In this document: positions 1 through 10,370 of the stretch, piece by piece
Numbering within the stretch: position 1 is the stretch's first letter
How the letters are laid out: each line of letters starts with the position of its first letter
Assembly (NCBI GenBank): GCA_030603365.1
Contig: JAUVXV010000016.1
Coordinates: forward strand, 26,274 to 90,273
DNA from: Candidatus Heimdallarchaeota archaeon
GTDB taxonomy: Archaea; Asgardarchaeota; Heimdallarchaeia; Heimdallarchaeales; Heimdallarchaeaceae
Reading direction: 5' to 3'
Length of the DNA: 64,000 nucleotides
Translations under genes and position numbers: made by a program
Notes under the pieces: model-generated
The model's input: the letters and a program-made list of their open reading frames with translations, nothing else
What the model was told of the DNA's origin: nothing
Databases searched by the model: none

Positions 1-315
1 TATATTTGGTAGAATTTCAGATATCTCATTTAGTGGATTTGATATTTCAAAAATTTTCAATTCTATACCAAGTTGTTGAGCTATTAGTTTAGCATCCTCA
101 GTGTGACTTTGATCCAATTCTTCTTCTGGTAAATGGATCAATGTTACATTTTCTTTACTAATAGCCAAAGCTGTTAAATAAGCCACTGCTGCAGAATCAA
201 CCCCCCCACTAAGTCCTATTACGGCACCTTGGACTGATGCTTCTTCTATTTCTTGATTAATGAATCCAACAATTTCATTAATTGCTTTTTCTTCATTTTT
301 AAGAAAGCTATCCAT
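1..315 (-). CDS. nadE: NH3-dependent NAD+ synthetase, N-terminal part (runs off the window edge)
   Basis: Not in the ORF track. Manual translation from ATG at 315 gives MDSFLKNEKKAINEIVGFINQEIEEASVQGAVIGLSGGVDSAAVAYL..., with the PP-loop SGGxDS motif. The frame is open to base 1. Confidence 0.9.
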   Translation of the reverse strand, partial: MDSFLKNEEKAINEIVGFINQEIEEASVQGAVIGLSGGVDSAAVAYLTALAISKENVTLIHLPEEELDQSHTEDAKLIAQQLGIELKIFEISNPLNEISEILPNI

Positions 316-392
316 TTTAAGTCGAATCCTTTTCAAAAACAGTGCTTAATAATCTTATTCTATGAGTAGAATTGTCCAGAAACAGAGAATTA

Positions 393-468
393 TGGAGCCC
401 CGAAGGGGGTTTGAACCCCTGACCTTTACCTTACCAAGGTAACGCTCTACCAGCTGAGCTATCGAGGC
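393..468 (-). tRNA. tRNA-Thr(GGT)
   Basis: Cloverleaf: acceptor GCCTCGA/TCGGGGC, anticodon arm TTACC-TTGGTAA-GGTAA, T-loop TTCAAAC, encoded CCA, no intron. Confidence 0.97.
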
Positions 469-702
469 AAATCAAATGAATTTTCCTCATATATTTTTTA
501 AAGATTATGATATTAAGAAGTTATTCTATTATCCTTAACATTATATTTTGACACTTTTCTTCTTTTTCACTAAGAACTAAACCTTCAACCCTTTTTCTAT
601 TGAGTATATTAGAAAACACCCTTTATGGAAAAATCCACAAAGGGCGAAAAGTCTAAATATACTTTCTTCAAATTCCTAACAAATTACTTGATTTGGGATA
701 AT

Positions 703-1812
703 ATGAAAAAGCGTTCATTAGTATTTATCATAATTTGCTTACTCTCTTTAGCAAATATACTGCCTATTTATTCAGCTACTGAACAAACAAATAGTGAAAA
801 ACAAATAATAGAATATGTTATTCTTTATGATGAGTCTCATGGTCAACTCTTCAACCGAACTCTTATGGAAACTGCTTTAGACTCTCTTTCCAACGTTACA
901 GTTCAAGATTCTGAAGTGGAAATTAAGATAACTGTATTGTTCCAAAAGAATGGGACAACATTTAATTCAACTAATTTGCAAGGTGTTGACCTTCTGATAA
1001 TCAGTAACCCAGGAATAGCTGAAGAAGATGTCATTTCCTCCTCTGAAAGAGATGCCATTCTGGATTTTGTTGAACTAGGCGGATCTTTATTCCTGCTTTG
1101 TAATCCATTAACTCATAATGAGAACATAACGGGTCATACTTCTACATTAAATAATCTCCTTTCTACAAGAAGCAACAGATTAACCTCTGCTAGGTTCTTA
1201 TCAAGCCCAGATCAAATCCATTCTCAAGTGATTATTGATGACTTTAATAGTACTTATGGAAATGATTCTTATATAACAATAAATGAATATAATGTTACTA
1301 AAAACATACTAAGTCGTCAAATTGATTATTTCTGGCAAGAAATGGAAATCGATAATGTGACGATTTATTCTACTCCTATCACTTTAGGGAATGAAAGACC
1401 AGATGACGATGATGATAATGTTGAACTGGCTAAAACACCATTTACCTCATATTCAGTTGATACTGATTATAATATTTTCAGAGATCCTGGAAACGGTTTT
1501 CTTACTTGGCTATTAAGCAAAGATTTAGGAAACTCTAGAATGGTAATGTCAGGTTCTACAATTATGTTTAGTGATTATAAGATATATGACAATTCAACTT
1601 GGATTGAACAGAATCAAAATCTAGATTTATGGAGTAATCTAGTACTTTGGCTTCTGGGATATACGCCTCATCCTGCTAGAGATCCTCCAGCAATTTGGGT
1701 TTTTGAGAATTATGCAATAGTTGTTGCTGTTATCTCTCTAGTTATTTTTGGAGCTTCTGTGCTTATCTATAAATATCGTAATAAAAGAAAATCTTCAATT
1801 AAGATACAGTGA
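703..1812 (+). CDS. Secreted, C-terminally anchored GIFT-domain (GldG/IFT52/Wbp1-OST48-like) protein
   Basis: Signal peptide from MKKRSLVFII (ATG 703 preferred over 625). Motifs ILYDESHGQ, LQGVDLLIISNP and ILDFVELGGSLFLL are typical of GIFT/DUF4350 domains. C-terminal TM helix and basic tail. Confidence 0.65.
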   Translation: MKKRSLVFIIICLLSLANILPIYSATEQTNSEKQIIEYVILYDESHGQLFNRTLMETALDSLSNVTVQDSEVEIKITVLFQKNGTTFNSTNLQGVDLLIISNPGIAEEDVISSSERDAILDFVELGGSLFLLCNPLTHNENITGHTSTLNNLLSTRSNRLTSARFLSSPDQIHSQVIIDDFNSTYGNDSYITINEYNVTKNILSRQIDYFWQEMEIDNVTIYSTPITLGNERPDDDDDNVELAKTPFTSYSVDTDYNIFRDPGNGFLTWLLSKDLGNSRMVMSGSTIMFSDYKIYDNSTWIEQNQNLDLWSNLVLWLLGYTPHPARDPPAIWVFENYAIVVAVISLVIFGASVLIYKYRNKRKSSIKIQ

Positions 1813-1898
1813 GATTAGATGTCACCAATCTCACAGTAGTTTTATTTTATACTTCTTAAAAAGTGGTGTATAAATATTGAAATTCTGTTATTTTACTG

Positions 1899-3173
1899 AT
1901 GGATGTTCAAGAATCTATAGATACTAGTTCTATTATTTCACAACTAATTAATTCGTTATCAAGTGGTGAAATTGATCCAAGTGATTTCAGAGTTAAAACA
2001 AATCAATGTTCTCAAACTATGACTAAAAATCTTTTTAGAGATAGTTTACCTAAATTTAGTTCAAATTTACGTTCAAAAGCTACTGATATATTCATCCGAT
2101 GTTTTTTTAAAGATGATTCATACCAAAACAATGAACTATGGAAATTCGTAGATTACAAAGATTTTTGGATACAATTGCGGAATTTCCATGATTTTGTTTA
2201 TTTTAGAAACATGACTTTTAATGATGTGATTAAGTTTTTTGAAGAAAATCTTGCTTGCTCGAATAGTCAATTAAATCTTAGTTATCTTGAGCAAAAAATA
2301 ATAAAACAACTCGATCAGTCTCCTCACATGCTAAATAAGGATTTAGCACAACAGTTCAATGTATCTGAAAAGAAAATAAGCAATATGGTGAATAATTTAA
2401 AATCTAAAGGCATTTACGTAGGTTGTTTGGTAGATTATCCAGCTTTGGATTCTTGTGAGTTTTTTACCTTTGGAAGTACACCGATTAATAATGAAAAAGC
2501 TGTTTTGTTACAGAAATATGAACTTTTCCCCAATTTTACAATGGGTTATGGTGTCTCTTCAGAGAAACTTAACAATTCCTCCTCATATAATGTAATAAAC
2601 AAAAAAATATCCTGCAATACCAGAATTTTAACCATGGGTATCTCACTAAAAGATTGGAGTAAACATCCAATTAAGAGAAAAAAAAAGATTTCAACAAATC
2701 AGAAAAAAGAGGAATTGACGTTTTATATTACTCCCATGAGCAAAGATTATATTCTACAATTAGTTAGAAACTGTGAAAAAGATTTCAGACGACCCAACAT
2801 TAAAGAAATAGCAGATATCAACAATGTTTCAATAAGAACACTATTCCGAATAAAATCGAAATTAAAGGATATGGGAATAATTGAACCAAGGATTATAGTG
2901 GAAAATGAAGAACTAATGACCATATTAATGGTATCAGATAAGGAACTTATGGACTTACATGATAAGGTACCTTTCATAAAATCGTATGAAATACAAGATA
3001 ATAAAAATAACATTAAATGGATGTCATTTCTTTCAATTTTTCCTAGTGATTTCAATTTTATATACAAAAATATCAATAAATCAGTAGACGTCTTTCAAGT
3101 AATTGAAAAAAGAGTTCTTAATCAAATTAAAAATAATGAAAGGTTGTTATTACATTTAGAACAAAAAACTTAA
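1899..3173 (+). CDS. Transcriptional regulator with two Lrp/AsnC-like winged HTH domains
   Basis: Two HTH segments: KDLAQQFNVSEKKISNMVNNLKSKGI and KEIADINNVSIRTLFRIKSKLKDMGII. Confidence 0.7.
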   Translation: MDVQESIDTSSIISQLINSLSSGEIDPSDFRVKTNQCSQTMTKNLFRDSLPKFSSNLRSKATDIFIRCFFKDDSYQNNELWKFVDYKDFWIQLRNFHDFVYFRNMTFNDVIKFFEENLACSNSQLNLSYLEQKIIKQLDQSPHMLNKDLAQQFNVSEKKISNMVNNLKSKGIYVGCLVDYPALDSCEFFTFGSTPINNEKAVLLQKYELFPNFTMGYGVSSEKLNNSSSYNVINKKISCNTRILTMGISLKDWSKHPIKRKKKISTNQKKEELTFYITPMSKDYILQLVRNCEKDFRRPNIKEIADINNVSIRTLFRIKSKLKDMGIIEPRIIVENEELMTILMVSDKELMDLHDKVPFIKSYEIQDNKNNIKWMSFLSIFPSDFNFIYKNINKSVDVFQVIEKRVLNQIKNNERLLLHLEQKT

Positions 3174-3199
3174 ACAAAGTAAAAAAGGATGTTTATTGT

Positions 3200-5320
3200 A
3201 TGTCAAGTCAGCGCTCACTAAAAGAAATAATTGAAATAATCTCTAATGAAACAAATTTAGGAAAAGAAGAGATTCATCAACTTATAAACGATAAAATGGA
3301 AGAACTTGGAGAATTTGTAACTGAATTGGGCGCGGCTCACATTGTTGCAAGGGAGAAAAATGTAGATCTTTCTTCTGAACCACCTATACAAGTACAATCA
3401 CAATTAACTGTTGACCAATTGGTTCCTGCTATAACCAGTGTTAATATCATAGGACGTATTCTAAGGATTTATGATCAACATTCTTTCAAAAAGAAGGATG
3501 GAACCGATGGGGTACTACAGTCAATTTTAATCGAGGATAAAACCGGAAAAGTGAGAGTTGTTTTTTGGGATCAAATTGTATCTGAATTACAAAATAAGAA
3601 TGTCAAAGTAGGTGACCCAATCCGTATCTTGAATGGTTATACAAAACTAGGACGAGATGAATCAGTTGAAGTACATTTGGGAATTCGTAGTCAAGTTCAA
3701 ATTCGTCCTTCCGGTATTGATGACACGGAACTTCCTGCTACACAGTCTATATTTGTGAAAATAAAAGACATCAAAGGAAATGAGATTGACTTATCTTTAG
3801 TCGCTAAAATAACTCAAATCGACGATTTACTAGAATTTGAACGATCTGATGGAACTAAAGGGAAAAAGAAAGGATTGCTTGTTGGTGATGAAACAGGTGA
3901 AATCTACATAAATTTCTGGAATGAAAAAGTAGATATTGTTGATGATTTAGCCTTAGGTGAGGTTCTAGAAATAGTTGGACTGGCTGCAAAAGAAGGATTA
4001 AAGGGATTTACAGAGTTACATTCAAGTAGATACACAAATGTATCTAAGAGGGATAAAACAAAGGATATCATTGTAAAGAAGGGTTTCATCGGTTCCGGAA
4101 CAGCTGCTGAGGCACAGCTAAAACCAATTGATCAAATTACTAGTGTTGGTAGTCTTGTTTCTACTAAAGGATTGATTGTTAATATAGTTCCTGTACATGA
4201 ATTTACTAGAGAAGATGGCTCTAAAGGAATGGTTAGAAACGTTTCAATTTCTGATAAATCAGGTATAGTTATTGTGGTTTTATGGGATGATAAAACCCAA
4301 CTAGTCAATGAAGAAGACATTAACAAAGTGTTGCTTATATCAAACGGTTATACAAGAAAAGGTAGAAATTCTAATATTGAAGTTCATTGTGGAAATCAAA
4401 CCCAACTCGATATTAAAAGCCCTGATTCAGATGATACCATACAGCACCTTTTTGATTTTATAGATATTAAAGATATAAAAGATGATTTAGAGGTGGCTCA
4501 TGTTAAGGGAGTAGTTATTGATTTACCTGCTGTTCAGGATATTGTGACAAAAGATAATGAAACCGTTCAATTAAGAAATCTTAGAATTGAAGACCAGACA
4601 GCTTCTATTCGAATTACTTGTTGGAGAGAAAATGTATCAAAATTATCTGGTTTAACTGAGGGAGATCATATTGAATTGTTGAATGCTAAGGTCAAAGAAG
4701 ACACTGGATATGGTTCAGAACTTCTTATAACAAGAAATACTATTGTCAAAAAATCACTTTCTAGTTCATCAAATCCTCAAGGATTTGTTTCTAGTTTAAC
4801 AGTGTCTCCAAAGGAATCTAATTTTGAGAAACTCAAAGATATTGAAGATATAGAAGAAGGTGATAATATTACTATCCAAGCTACTGTGATTAAACTTATA
4901 GAAAAACAATTTGTATATCCTCTCTGTCCAGAGTGTAAGAAAAAGATGAAAAAGGAGAATTCTGATTATATCTGCTCAGAACATGGAGAAGTATCTGAAC
5001 CTCTCAACCGAATCCTATTTACATTCATTGCAAATGATGGAACTGGGAATATCAATGTTCTTTGTGCTGGAAAACTCGCGGAAATCGTTTTAGGTATGTC
5101 TGCTAATGATGCTGCGAGAATGGTCGAAGAAAATGAATCTGAAAAAGCTCCCTACTCTTATCTTAAAGCAAAGAATTTCGTCAATTCAGAACTTATTATA
5201 AGTGGTAAAGTTAATAAGAACCCCTATCTAAAGAGTTTGGAAATAATTGCTAACTCTATTGAAAGAGTAAAATACAATGAAGCAACGAGAACAATGATTA
5301 AACAGATTCATACAGATTAA
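3200..5320 (+). CDS. rpa: Replication protein A large subunit (about five OB folds plus zinc finger)
   Basis: Repeated D(K/E)(T/S)G..(V/I)..W OB-fold motifs, C-terminal CPEC...CSEH zinc finger, N-terminal helical domain. Confidence 0.92.
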   Translation: MSSQRSLKEIIEIISNETNLGKEEIHQLINDKMEELGEFVTELGAAHIVAREKNVDLSSEPPIQVQSQLTVDQLVPAITSVNIIGRILRIYDQHSFKKKDGTDGVLQSILIEDKTGKVRVVFWDQIVSELQNKNVKVGDPIRILNGYTKLGRDESVEVHLGIRSQVQIRPSGIDDTELPATQSIFVKIKDIKGNEIDLSLVAKITQIDDLLEFERSDGTKGKKKGLLVGDETGEIYINFWNEKVDIVDDLALGEVLEIVGLAAKEGLKGFTELHSSRYTNVSKRDKTKDIIVKKGFIGSGTAAEAQLKPIDQITSVGSLVSTKGLIVNIVPVHEFTREDGSKGMVRNVSISDKSGIVIVVLWDDKTQLVNEEDINKVLLISNGYTRKGRNSNIEVHCGNQTQLDIKSPDSDDTIQHLFDFIDIKDIKDDLEVAHVKGVVIDLPAVQDIVTKDNETVQLRNLRIEDQTASIRITCWRENVSKLSGLTEGDHIELLNAKVKEDTGYGSELLITRNTIVKKSLSSSSNPQGFVSSLTVSPKESNFEKLKDIEDIEEGDNITIQATVIKLIEKQFVYPLCPECKKKMKKENSDYICSEHGEVSEPLNRILFTFIANDGTGNINVLCAGKLAEIVLGMSANDAARMVEENESEKAPYSYLKAKNFVNSELIISGKVNKNPYLKSLEIIANSIERVKYNEATRTMIKQIHTD

Positions 5321-5343
5321 AATCAAGTGTTTTTGCAATGGGT

Positions 5344-5359
5344 CGAAAAGCTTATTAAT
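5344..5359 (+). promoter_or_regulatory. Putative BRE-TATA promoter of the small ORF at 5388
   Basis: CGAAAAGC-TTATTAAT, ending 28 nt upstream of ATG 5388. Confidence 0.5.
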
Positions 5360-5387
5360 AAACATGAAACAGCTTCAAACGAGCAAC

Positions 5388-5498
5388 ATGGATTTCCTTG
5401 TAATAAAAACAATCACTATTATTATTGTAATATTAGCAGTAGTTTTTGCACTCTTTTACCATGCATTTAGTATAGGGAAAGAAGAAGAAACTGCATGA
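5388..5498 (+). CDS. 36-aa single-TM protein, Ost4-like (oligosaccharyltransferase small subunit candidate)
   Basis: Below the ORF-track cutoff. MDFLVIKTITIIIVILAVVFALFYHAFSIGKEEETA*: TM helix ending in YHA, with its own TATA box. An in-frame upstream ATG at 5364 is also possible. Confidence 0.65.
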   Translation: MDFLVIKTITIIIVILAVVFALFYHAFSIGKEEETA

Positions 5499-5500
5499 TT

Positions 5501-8374
5501 TTAGATTTCCAGTATCATACCTTTCTTCTTATTATAGATTTTAATTCCAGCTGTTATTACTCCTAGAAGTACGCTTGTACTTGCTACCACAGGAATAATT
5601 AAATTCGTTATAGAATTTGCTTGATTATTTTTGTTTCCTACCAAATCTAAAATGAGACTGCTGCCCTGTACTATATCTAAATTTGTAAAATACACATAAA
5701 GATCATTTACTTCTAAACTGTAAAACTCGGTAACATCATTTTGATTATTTGTTACAAGCTTCCATTCATATTTTGAAGTAGCATAACTTTCATTTAACTG
5801 GTATAAAACTGATAAATTTGAGTATCCTTTTGTCTCTGTGCTTATTATAAAGTGGATTGTTATGCTATCTTCGTTTTCTTCATTAGTAGCTTCAAAATTA
5901 GGTCCATTTGTCATGATAACTAATTTGTGATCATTCGTTTCTTCACTTGCTTGTATCTGCCAATAAAAGGCATTTGCATCCCAATTCACAGGAATTCTTA
6001 AAGCTTGGGTTTCAATATACGCATCTAGTATAGGAACCATTTCCTCTTCTATCATGAATGTCCATCTATCGTGGGTTAAAGAATAGTTGATATCATAAGT
6101 TAGGGTTATATTTGTGGCAACAAGAACATCCTCGGCACTTCTTTCTGCTTCAACCAACGTATTTTCAAATTCTATTTCAAAAGTCCTAGTAGCTACAATC
6201 TGAGAAACCTTGAATATTGTACAAGTAACATTTACAAGTAAAAGGTCTAAAGGTAGCTCAGCTATATAGATGAATAGACCATTTGCTTCAGTTATCCCTG
6301 TATATTGGTCGTTATGATTGATCTCTATACTAATTGGAGCATACCCCACGGGTAATCCGCTAGAGGAGATGTTGAAATTCAAAATATATTCAGATGGATT
6401 ATCTGATAATTCATGCTGTAGATCAATAAGAATCTCACTTTCATAGATAGTGATGTTGACGTATTTAGTTATGGTTGAATGGGTTTGTGATTCCGCTTGA
6501 ATTTTCACAATATATTCATTTTGCGTCAAATAAAAGGATGATATTAAAATTATATACTCTTCATCTTGTTTAATAGCTTGAATTATCTCCCCATCTATAT
6601 TTGCATAGATTATAGCGTTTTCTATTTCAGAATATTGATCTAAGCTTAAGTAAGACACTCCGAGCTCTTTAATTGCATATTTCGGAATGTCTATTTGTTC
6701 CTCAACAGTCATTGATGCTGGTTTTCTGAGCAGGTTTATTGTACTGTTTCTATAACCTATATAATCCCCATCTAATATTAGAAAAGTTATATCGATATTT
6801 CCATCTGTAATCCATGGTGGAAACGAGTACAGAATATTATTATCAACCATTTCACATGTTGAACCTCCCGTCTCTCTTTTGGTCCAAAATATGTAAATAA
6901 ATGTGCTAGAAACTGGTTCTTGAAATTCAAATGAAGCGTTTAATACTTCAAATATTGTTGTATTCTCATAGTTTACATCTACTATGTGATTTATTACAGT
7001 AAAATCACATTTAATGGTGAAAATTGCTTCCCGAATTGCAAGAGTTAGTATTTTGTATCCGTTGCTTAAATCATCAACAGATATGATATCTGCACCTGTT
7101 GGATTCCCAAATATTACCCACAAGTCTGGATATGTGATGTTTATTTGATCTATTAACGGACTTAAATCTAAAATATTAATTGAATACAAAAGCGTTGACA
7201 CATTATAGAATAGAATCTGTTTTTCATATGCTATCTCAACTGTTCCAGATGATCTTACTGTAAAATTTCCTTCTATCGAATTATTTGAATTATATGTCCA
7301 TATAATATTGTATTCATATGGTGCATCATCTTCAAATAGAATGACTGCTTCAATAGAACCAGTTCCAGGACCTGTAGAACTTATCTGTATGTCATTAATT
7401 CTTAAGTCAATATCCGAAGGTGTTACAGACGTTTTGACTTGAAATTCATCAATTAAAACTGTACATTCCGATATTTCAGGTGAAATCACATATATACCAA
7501 AAGACTTCATCATAGTTGGTATAAATGGATCACCCTCTGTAAATAGATCTGAAATAGATAGGGAATAATGATTCCATTGATCATTCCAGCTACTGTTCTG
7601 AAGAAGTCTATACACAATGAAGGGAGATGTTGTGTTGTCACCAATTGAAGGAGGATCTATATTTGTATGGTGCCAATGAATTATCATTATTCTACATGTA
7701 TCAAAAACGAAATCAAAAATCAATGAAGAGTTTACAACATTTTGCAAACTTGAATTTGATACAAGAAAATAGCTGTAGGATATCTTTGTATCTGTATTAT
7801 ACAAAGGTAAATCTTTCTGGTATAATGCGTATGTTATAGATTCCATATTGTAAGAATAGAATTTCCATGCATAATTCCCTTCTAAACTATCTGTTTCTTC
7901 TATTCGTTCCAAACCAAGACCTACATTAGTTGCATCCTCTGCATAAAATTTTGATTGTTCTTCAGCACCAGGGTTTTGTATATACTGTGACTCTAAGTTA
8001 GTTACATTGCCTTCAATTGAATATTCTCCATTTCCAGGAAGAGTAATGCTTGAATTATATTCTCCAATAATGCCATTAGTGTTTTCCCCCACATAATTTC
8101 CAGTTACATTAACCTCGGGATTAAAAGCATTCAATGTTTCTTCTAATGTTTCTTCTTCTCCTAAAGCTTCTAAACTTAATCTGTTCTCCTCTGTATTCGT
8201 TTTTTCTTTGGTAAAATCCCCACTAGCATCTAGACTTTTTAATCCTTCTTTCCCACTCTCTATGTACCCTTGTTGGTCTACATAGGCGTTTTCTCCATTA
8301 AAAGTAATTGGGGCCTCTAATACTAGCACCAAATAAAACAGTAAAACTGTTGCAATTATCTTCCTGTATTTCAT
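5501..8374 (-). CDS. Large cell-surface glycoprotein (signal peptide, beta-rich domains, C-terminal TM anchor)
   Basis: N-terminal signal peptide, many N-x-S/T sequons, acidic Ile/Thr/Ser-rich composition, C-terminal TM followed by KKKGMILEI. Confidence 0.75.
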   Translation of the reverse strand: MKYRKIIATVLLFYLVLVLEAPITFNGENAYVDQQGYIESGKEGLKSLDASGDFTKEKTNTEENRLSLEALGEEETLEETLNAFNPEVNVTGNYVGENTNGIIGEYNSSITLPGNGEYSIEGNVTNLESQYIQNPGAEEQSKFYAEDATNVGLGLERIEETDSLEGNYAWKFYSYNMESITYALYQKDLPLYNTDTKISYSYFLVSNSSLQNVVNSSLIFDFVFDTCRIMIIHWHHTNIDPPSIGDNTTSPFIVYRLLQNSSWNDQWNHYSLSISDLFTEGDPFIPTMMKSFGIYVISPEISECTVLIDEFQVKTSVTPSDIDLRINDIQISSTGPGTGSIEAVILFEDDAPYEYNIIWTYNSNNSIEGNFTVRSSGTVEIAYEKQILFYNVSTLLYSINILDLSPLIDQINITYPDLWVIFGNPTGADIISVDDLSNGYKILTLAIREAIFTIKCDFTVINHIVDVNYENTTIFEVLNASFEFQEPVSSTFIYIFWTKRETGGSTCEMVDNNILYSFPPWITDGNIDITFLILDGDYIGYRNSTINLLRKPASMTVEEQIDIPKYAIKELGVSYLSLDQYSEIENAIIYANIDGEIIQAIKQDEEYIILISSFYLTQNEYIVKIQAESQTHSTITKYVNITIYESEILIDLQHELSDNPSEYILNFNISSSGLPVGYAPISIEINHNDQYTGITEANGLFIYIAELPLDLLLVNVTCTIFKVSQIVATRTFEIEFENTLVEAERSAEDVLVATNITLTYDINYSLTHDRWTFMIEEEMVPILDAYIETQALRIPVNWDANAFYWQIQASEETNDHKLVIMTNGPNFEATNEENEDSITIHFIISTETKGYSNLSVLYQLNESYATSKYEWKLVTNNQNDVTEFYSLEVNDLYVYFTNLDIVQGSSLILDLVGNKNNQANSITNLIIPVVASTSVLLGVITAGIKIYNKKKGMILEI

Positions 8375-8684
8375 CCTATTATCTTATGTAAACTATATCT
8401 TAAAAACAGCACAATTTTTTCGAGTAGATTTTTGTTGTGTTAGTTAACAATATAAAAACACTATCTATAGAATCAAACTCTAAGGCTTAGCAATTCGCAG
8501 TAATCTTCTAATCTTTTTCATGAAAAATGAAAAATTAATACTTTCAGTGAACAGCCCCTTCTTTCTATTCTAGTCTACTGAAATTAGTGATAAGAATATT
8601 AGATTTTATCTGTACTCAGTATTAGCTCTGTTTGAATCTTAAAAATTCTCAATAGTTTCGATATGGTTATTTTTATTGAGTAAA

Positions 8685-9716
8685 ATGGAAAGTTGCTTGT
8701 GTGATGAATGTGGATCTCGAATAGTTGAAGAGAACGGGGAGAATGTATGTCAAAAATGTGGTCTTGTACACGATCCTATACTTGAATCTTCATCTTTTCA
8801 ATTAGGTTCAGTGAAAAATGGTGTATCTAGAAAAAACCAACAATATACTTCAATAAATAACAATTTAACTGTTGTAAGTTCTTTAGGTTCATCTATTGGT
8901 TCAGTAGAAGAATACATGTTTAGGGATGCAAATGGGTCTCTTTTAGATGAAACTATGCAATATAAGTTTCGAAAATTTAAAACTTACTATCACATCCCTG
9001 GAGCTATTAAAGGAAAGGAAACTGATTTTAGAACTTTAAAGATTTTAAATGAGGTCTTTTCACGACTTCAAGTTCCAAACAAAATACGAGAAAGGACCCT
9101 CTTTCTCTATCATCAATATAAATCGGAACACAAAAAGAAGATAACAAATCATGTTCTGCTTTCAGCTATGGCACTATTTCTAAGCATACGTGAATCAGGG
9201 ACAAATTGTCCTCTTACACTAAAGGAAATAGTAAATACCTACAGGGAGCTAGGTCATAGAGTTCTTGGAAAAAATCTACTAAGTCTTATGCAAGATCTGA
9301 ATATCAAACCAACTTCAAGTGGGGTTAGAAGAAGTGAAGAATATGTTTTCAGAATATGTTCTCTGATTTGCCGTTGTCCAATAATAAAGGAAAGAATTGA
9401 GAAGAAGTATTCCATAGATGTTTATGTTTATGAGAAAATGCTTCAACTTCTTTGTTTGAAGATACTTGAGCGTATACCATATCCTGATCGCGGAGGAAGA
9501 AGACCCTATCCTCTTTCAGCAGCTTCTGCTTATGTAGCTGATAAGCTCTTATCAAGAAAGATAAAACACTCTTCTGCTCTAACACAAAAACTTGTAGCTC
9601 AATCAGCAAACGTTGCAGAGTTTACAATAAGAGATCATGCTGAGTTTATGTTTTCTTATGATTATGAGAATATTATTAATGATATCAGTGAAAGATTATC
9701 TTCAAGTTTTGTTTAG
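8685..9716 (+). CDS. Divergent TFB/TFIIB-family paralog
   Basis: N-terminal Zn ribbon CDEC...CQKC, two cyclin-fold repeats, C-terminal TQKLVAQSANVAEFTIR HTH. Lacks the canonical B-reader EWR motif. Confidence 0.8.
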   Translation: MESCLCDECGSRIVEENGENVCQKCGLVHDPILESSSFQLGSVKNGVSRKNQQYTSINNNLTVVSSLGSSIGSVEEYMFRDANGSLLDETMQYKFRKFKTYYHIPGAIKGKETDFRTLKILNEVFSRLQVPNKIRERTLFLYHQYKSEHKKKITNHVLLSAMALFLSIRESGTNCPLTLKEIVNTYRELGHRVLGKNLLSLMQDLNIKPTSSGVRRSEEYVFRICSLICRCPIIKERIEKKYSIDVYVYEKMLQLLCLKILERIPYPDRGGRRPYPLSAASAYVADKLLSRKIKHSSALTQKLVAQSANVAEFTIRDHAEFMFSYDYENIINDISERLSSSFV

Positions 9717-9751
9717 AATATTTGTGTTGAAAAAAATAGTTTGGGGTGTTC

Positions 9752-10369
9752 CTAAAAGGGAATAACCCCAACTAGAAAGAATCTAACTCCTATAACTATA
9801 ACAACATGCAGAACAATTACGATAATTAACCGAATTTTAATGCTTTTTTCATTTGACATCTTGAGAAGGTAGTAATTATTTAGTAAATTTATCAAAAGAA
9901 AAGAAACTGATAAGTAAGAGAGAATAGAAAGAGACGTGGTAAACTCTCCTGTATTAATGAATTCGTACAGATTTGAGAAAATGGGTGAAAAACCTGCAAT
10001 TAATGCAATAACAACTAATGTTACAAAACGTATTATCTTGATTCTACGTCTATGTACCTTTAAAGTAGTTTCTTTTTCTTTAAGAGTTTCTTCTCTTATC
10101 CTAATTAGTTTTGATGTTATCATTAATCGTTCTAAAATATCCGTTTCATCCGCATTATCAATAGAAGTGAAGAGATTTGTCAATGCAGGATATTTGAAAT
10201 CAATGGAAGATACAATATCTGTAAGTTCTTCTCCTAATTGCAATCTTGCAAGAATATCTTCTGGAACACCTTCAGTCAAGAAAAAAGCTCTTTCAAGATT
10301 TTCACCACCTTCCAGACGAAATGCAATATTACTTAGAAAATCAAATTCTGTACAATTTAGTTTACTCAT
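9752..10369 (-). CDS. TadC/ArlJ-like membrane platform protein
   Basis: AFRLEGGENLERAF-type cytoplasmic helical domain followed by three TM helices. Translationally coupled behind the TadA-like ATPase operon. Confidence 0.6.
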   Translation of the reverse strand: MSKLNCTEFDFLSNIAFRLEGGENLERAFFLTEGVPEDILARLQLGEELTDIVSSIDFKYPALTNLFTSIDNADETDILERLMITSKLIRIREETLKEKETTLKVHRRRIKIIRFVTLVVIALIAGFSPIFSNLYEFINTGEFTTSLSILSYLSVSFLLINLLNNYYLLKMSNEKSIKIRLIIVIVLHVVIVIGVRFFLVGVIPF

Positions 10370-10370
10370 T

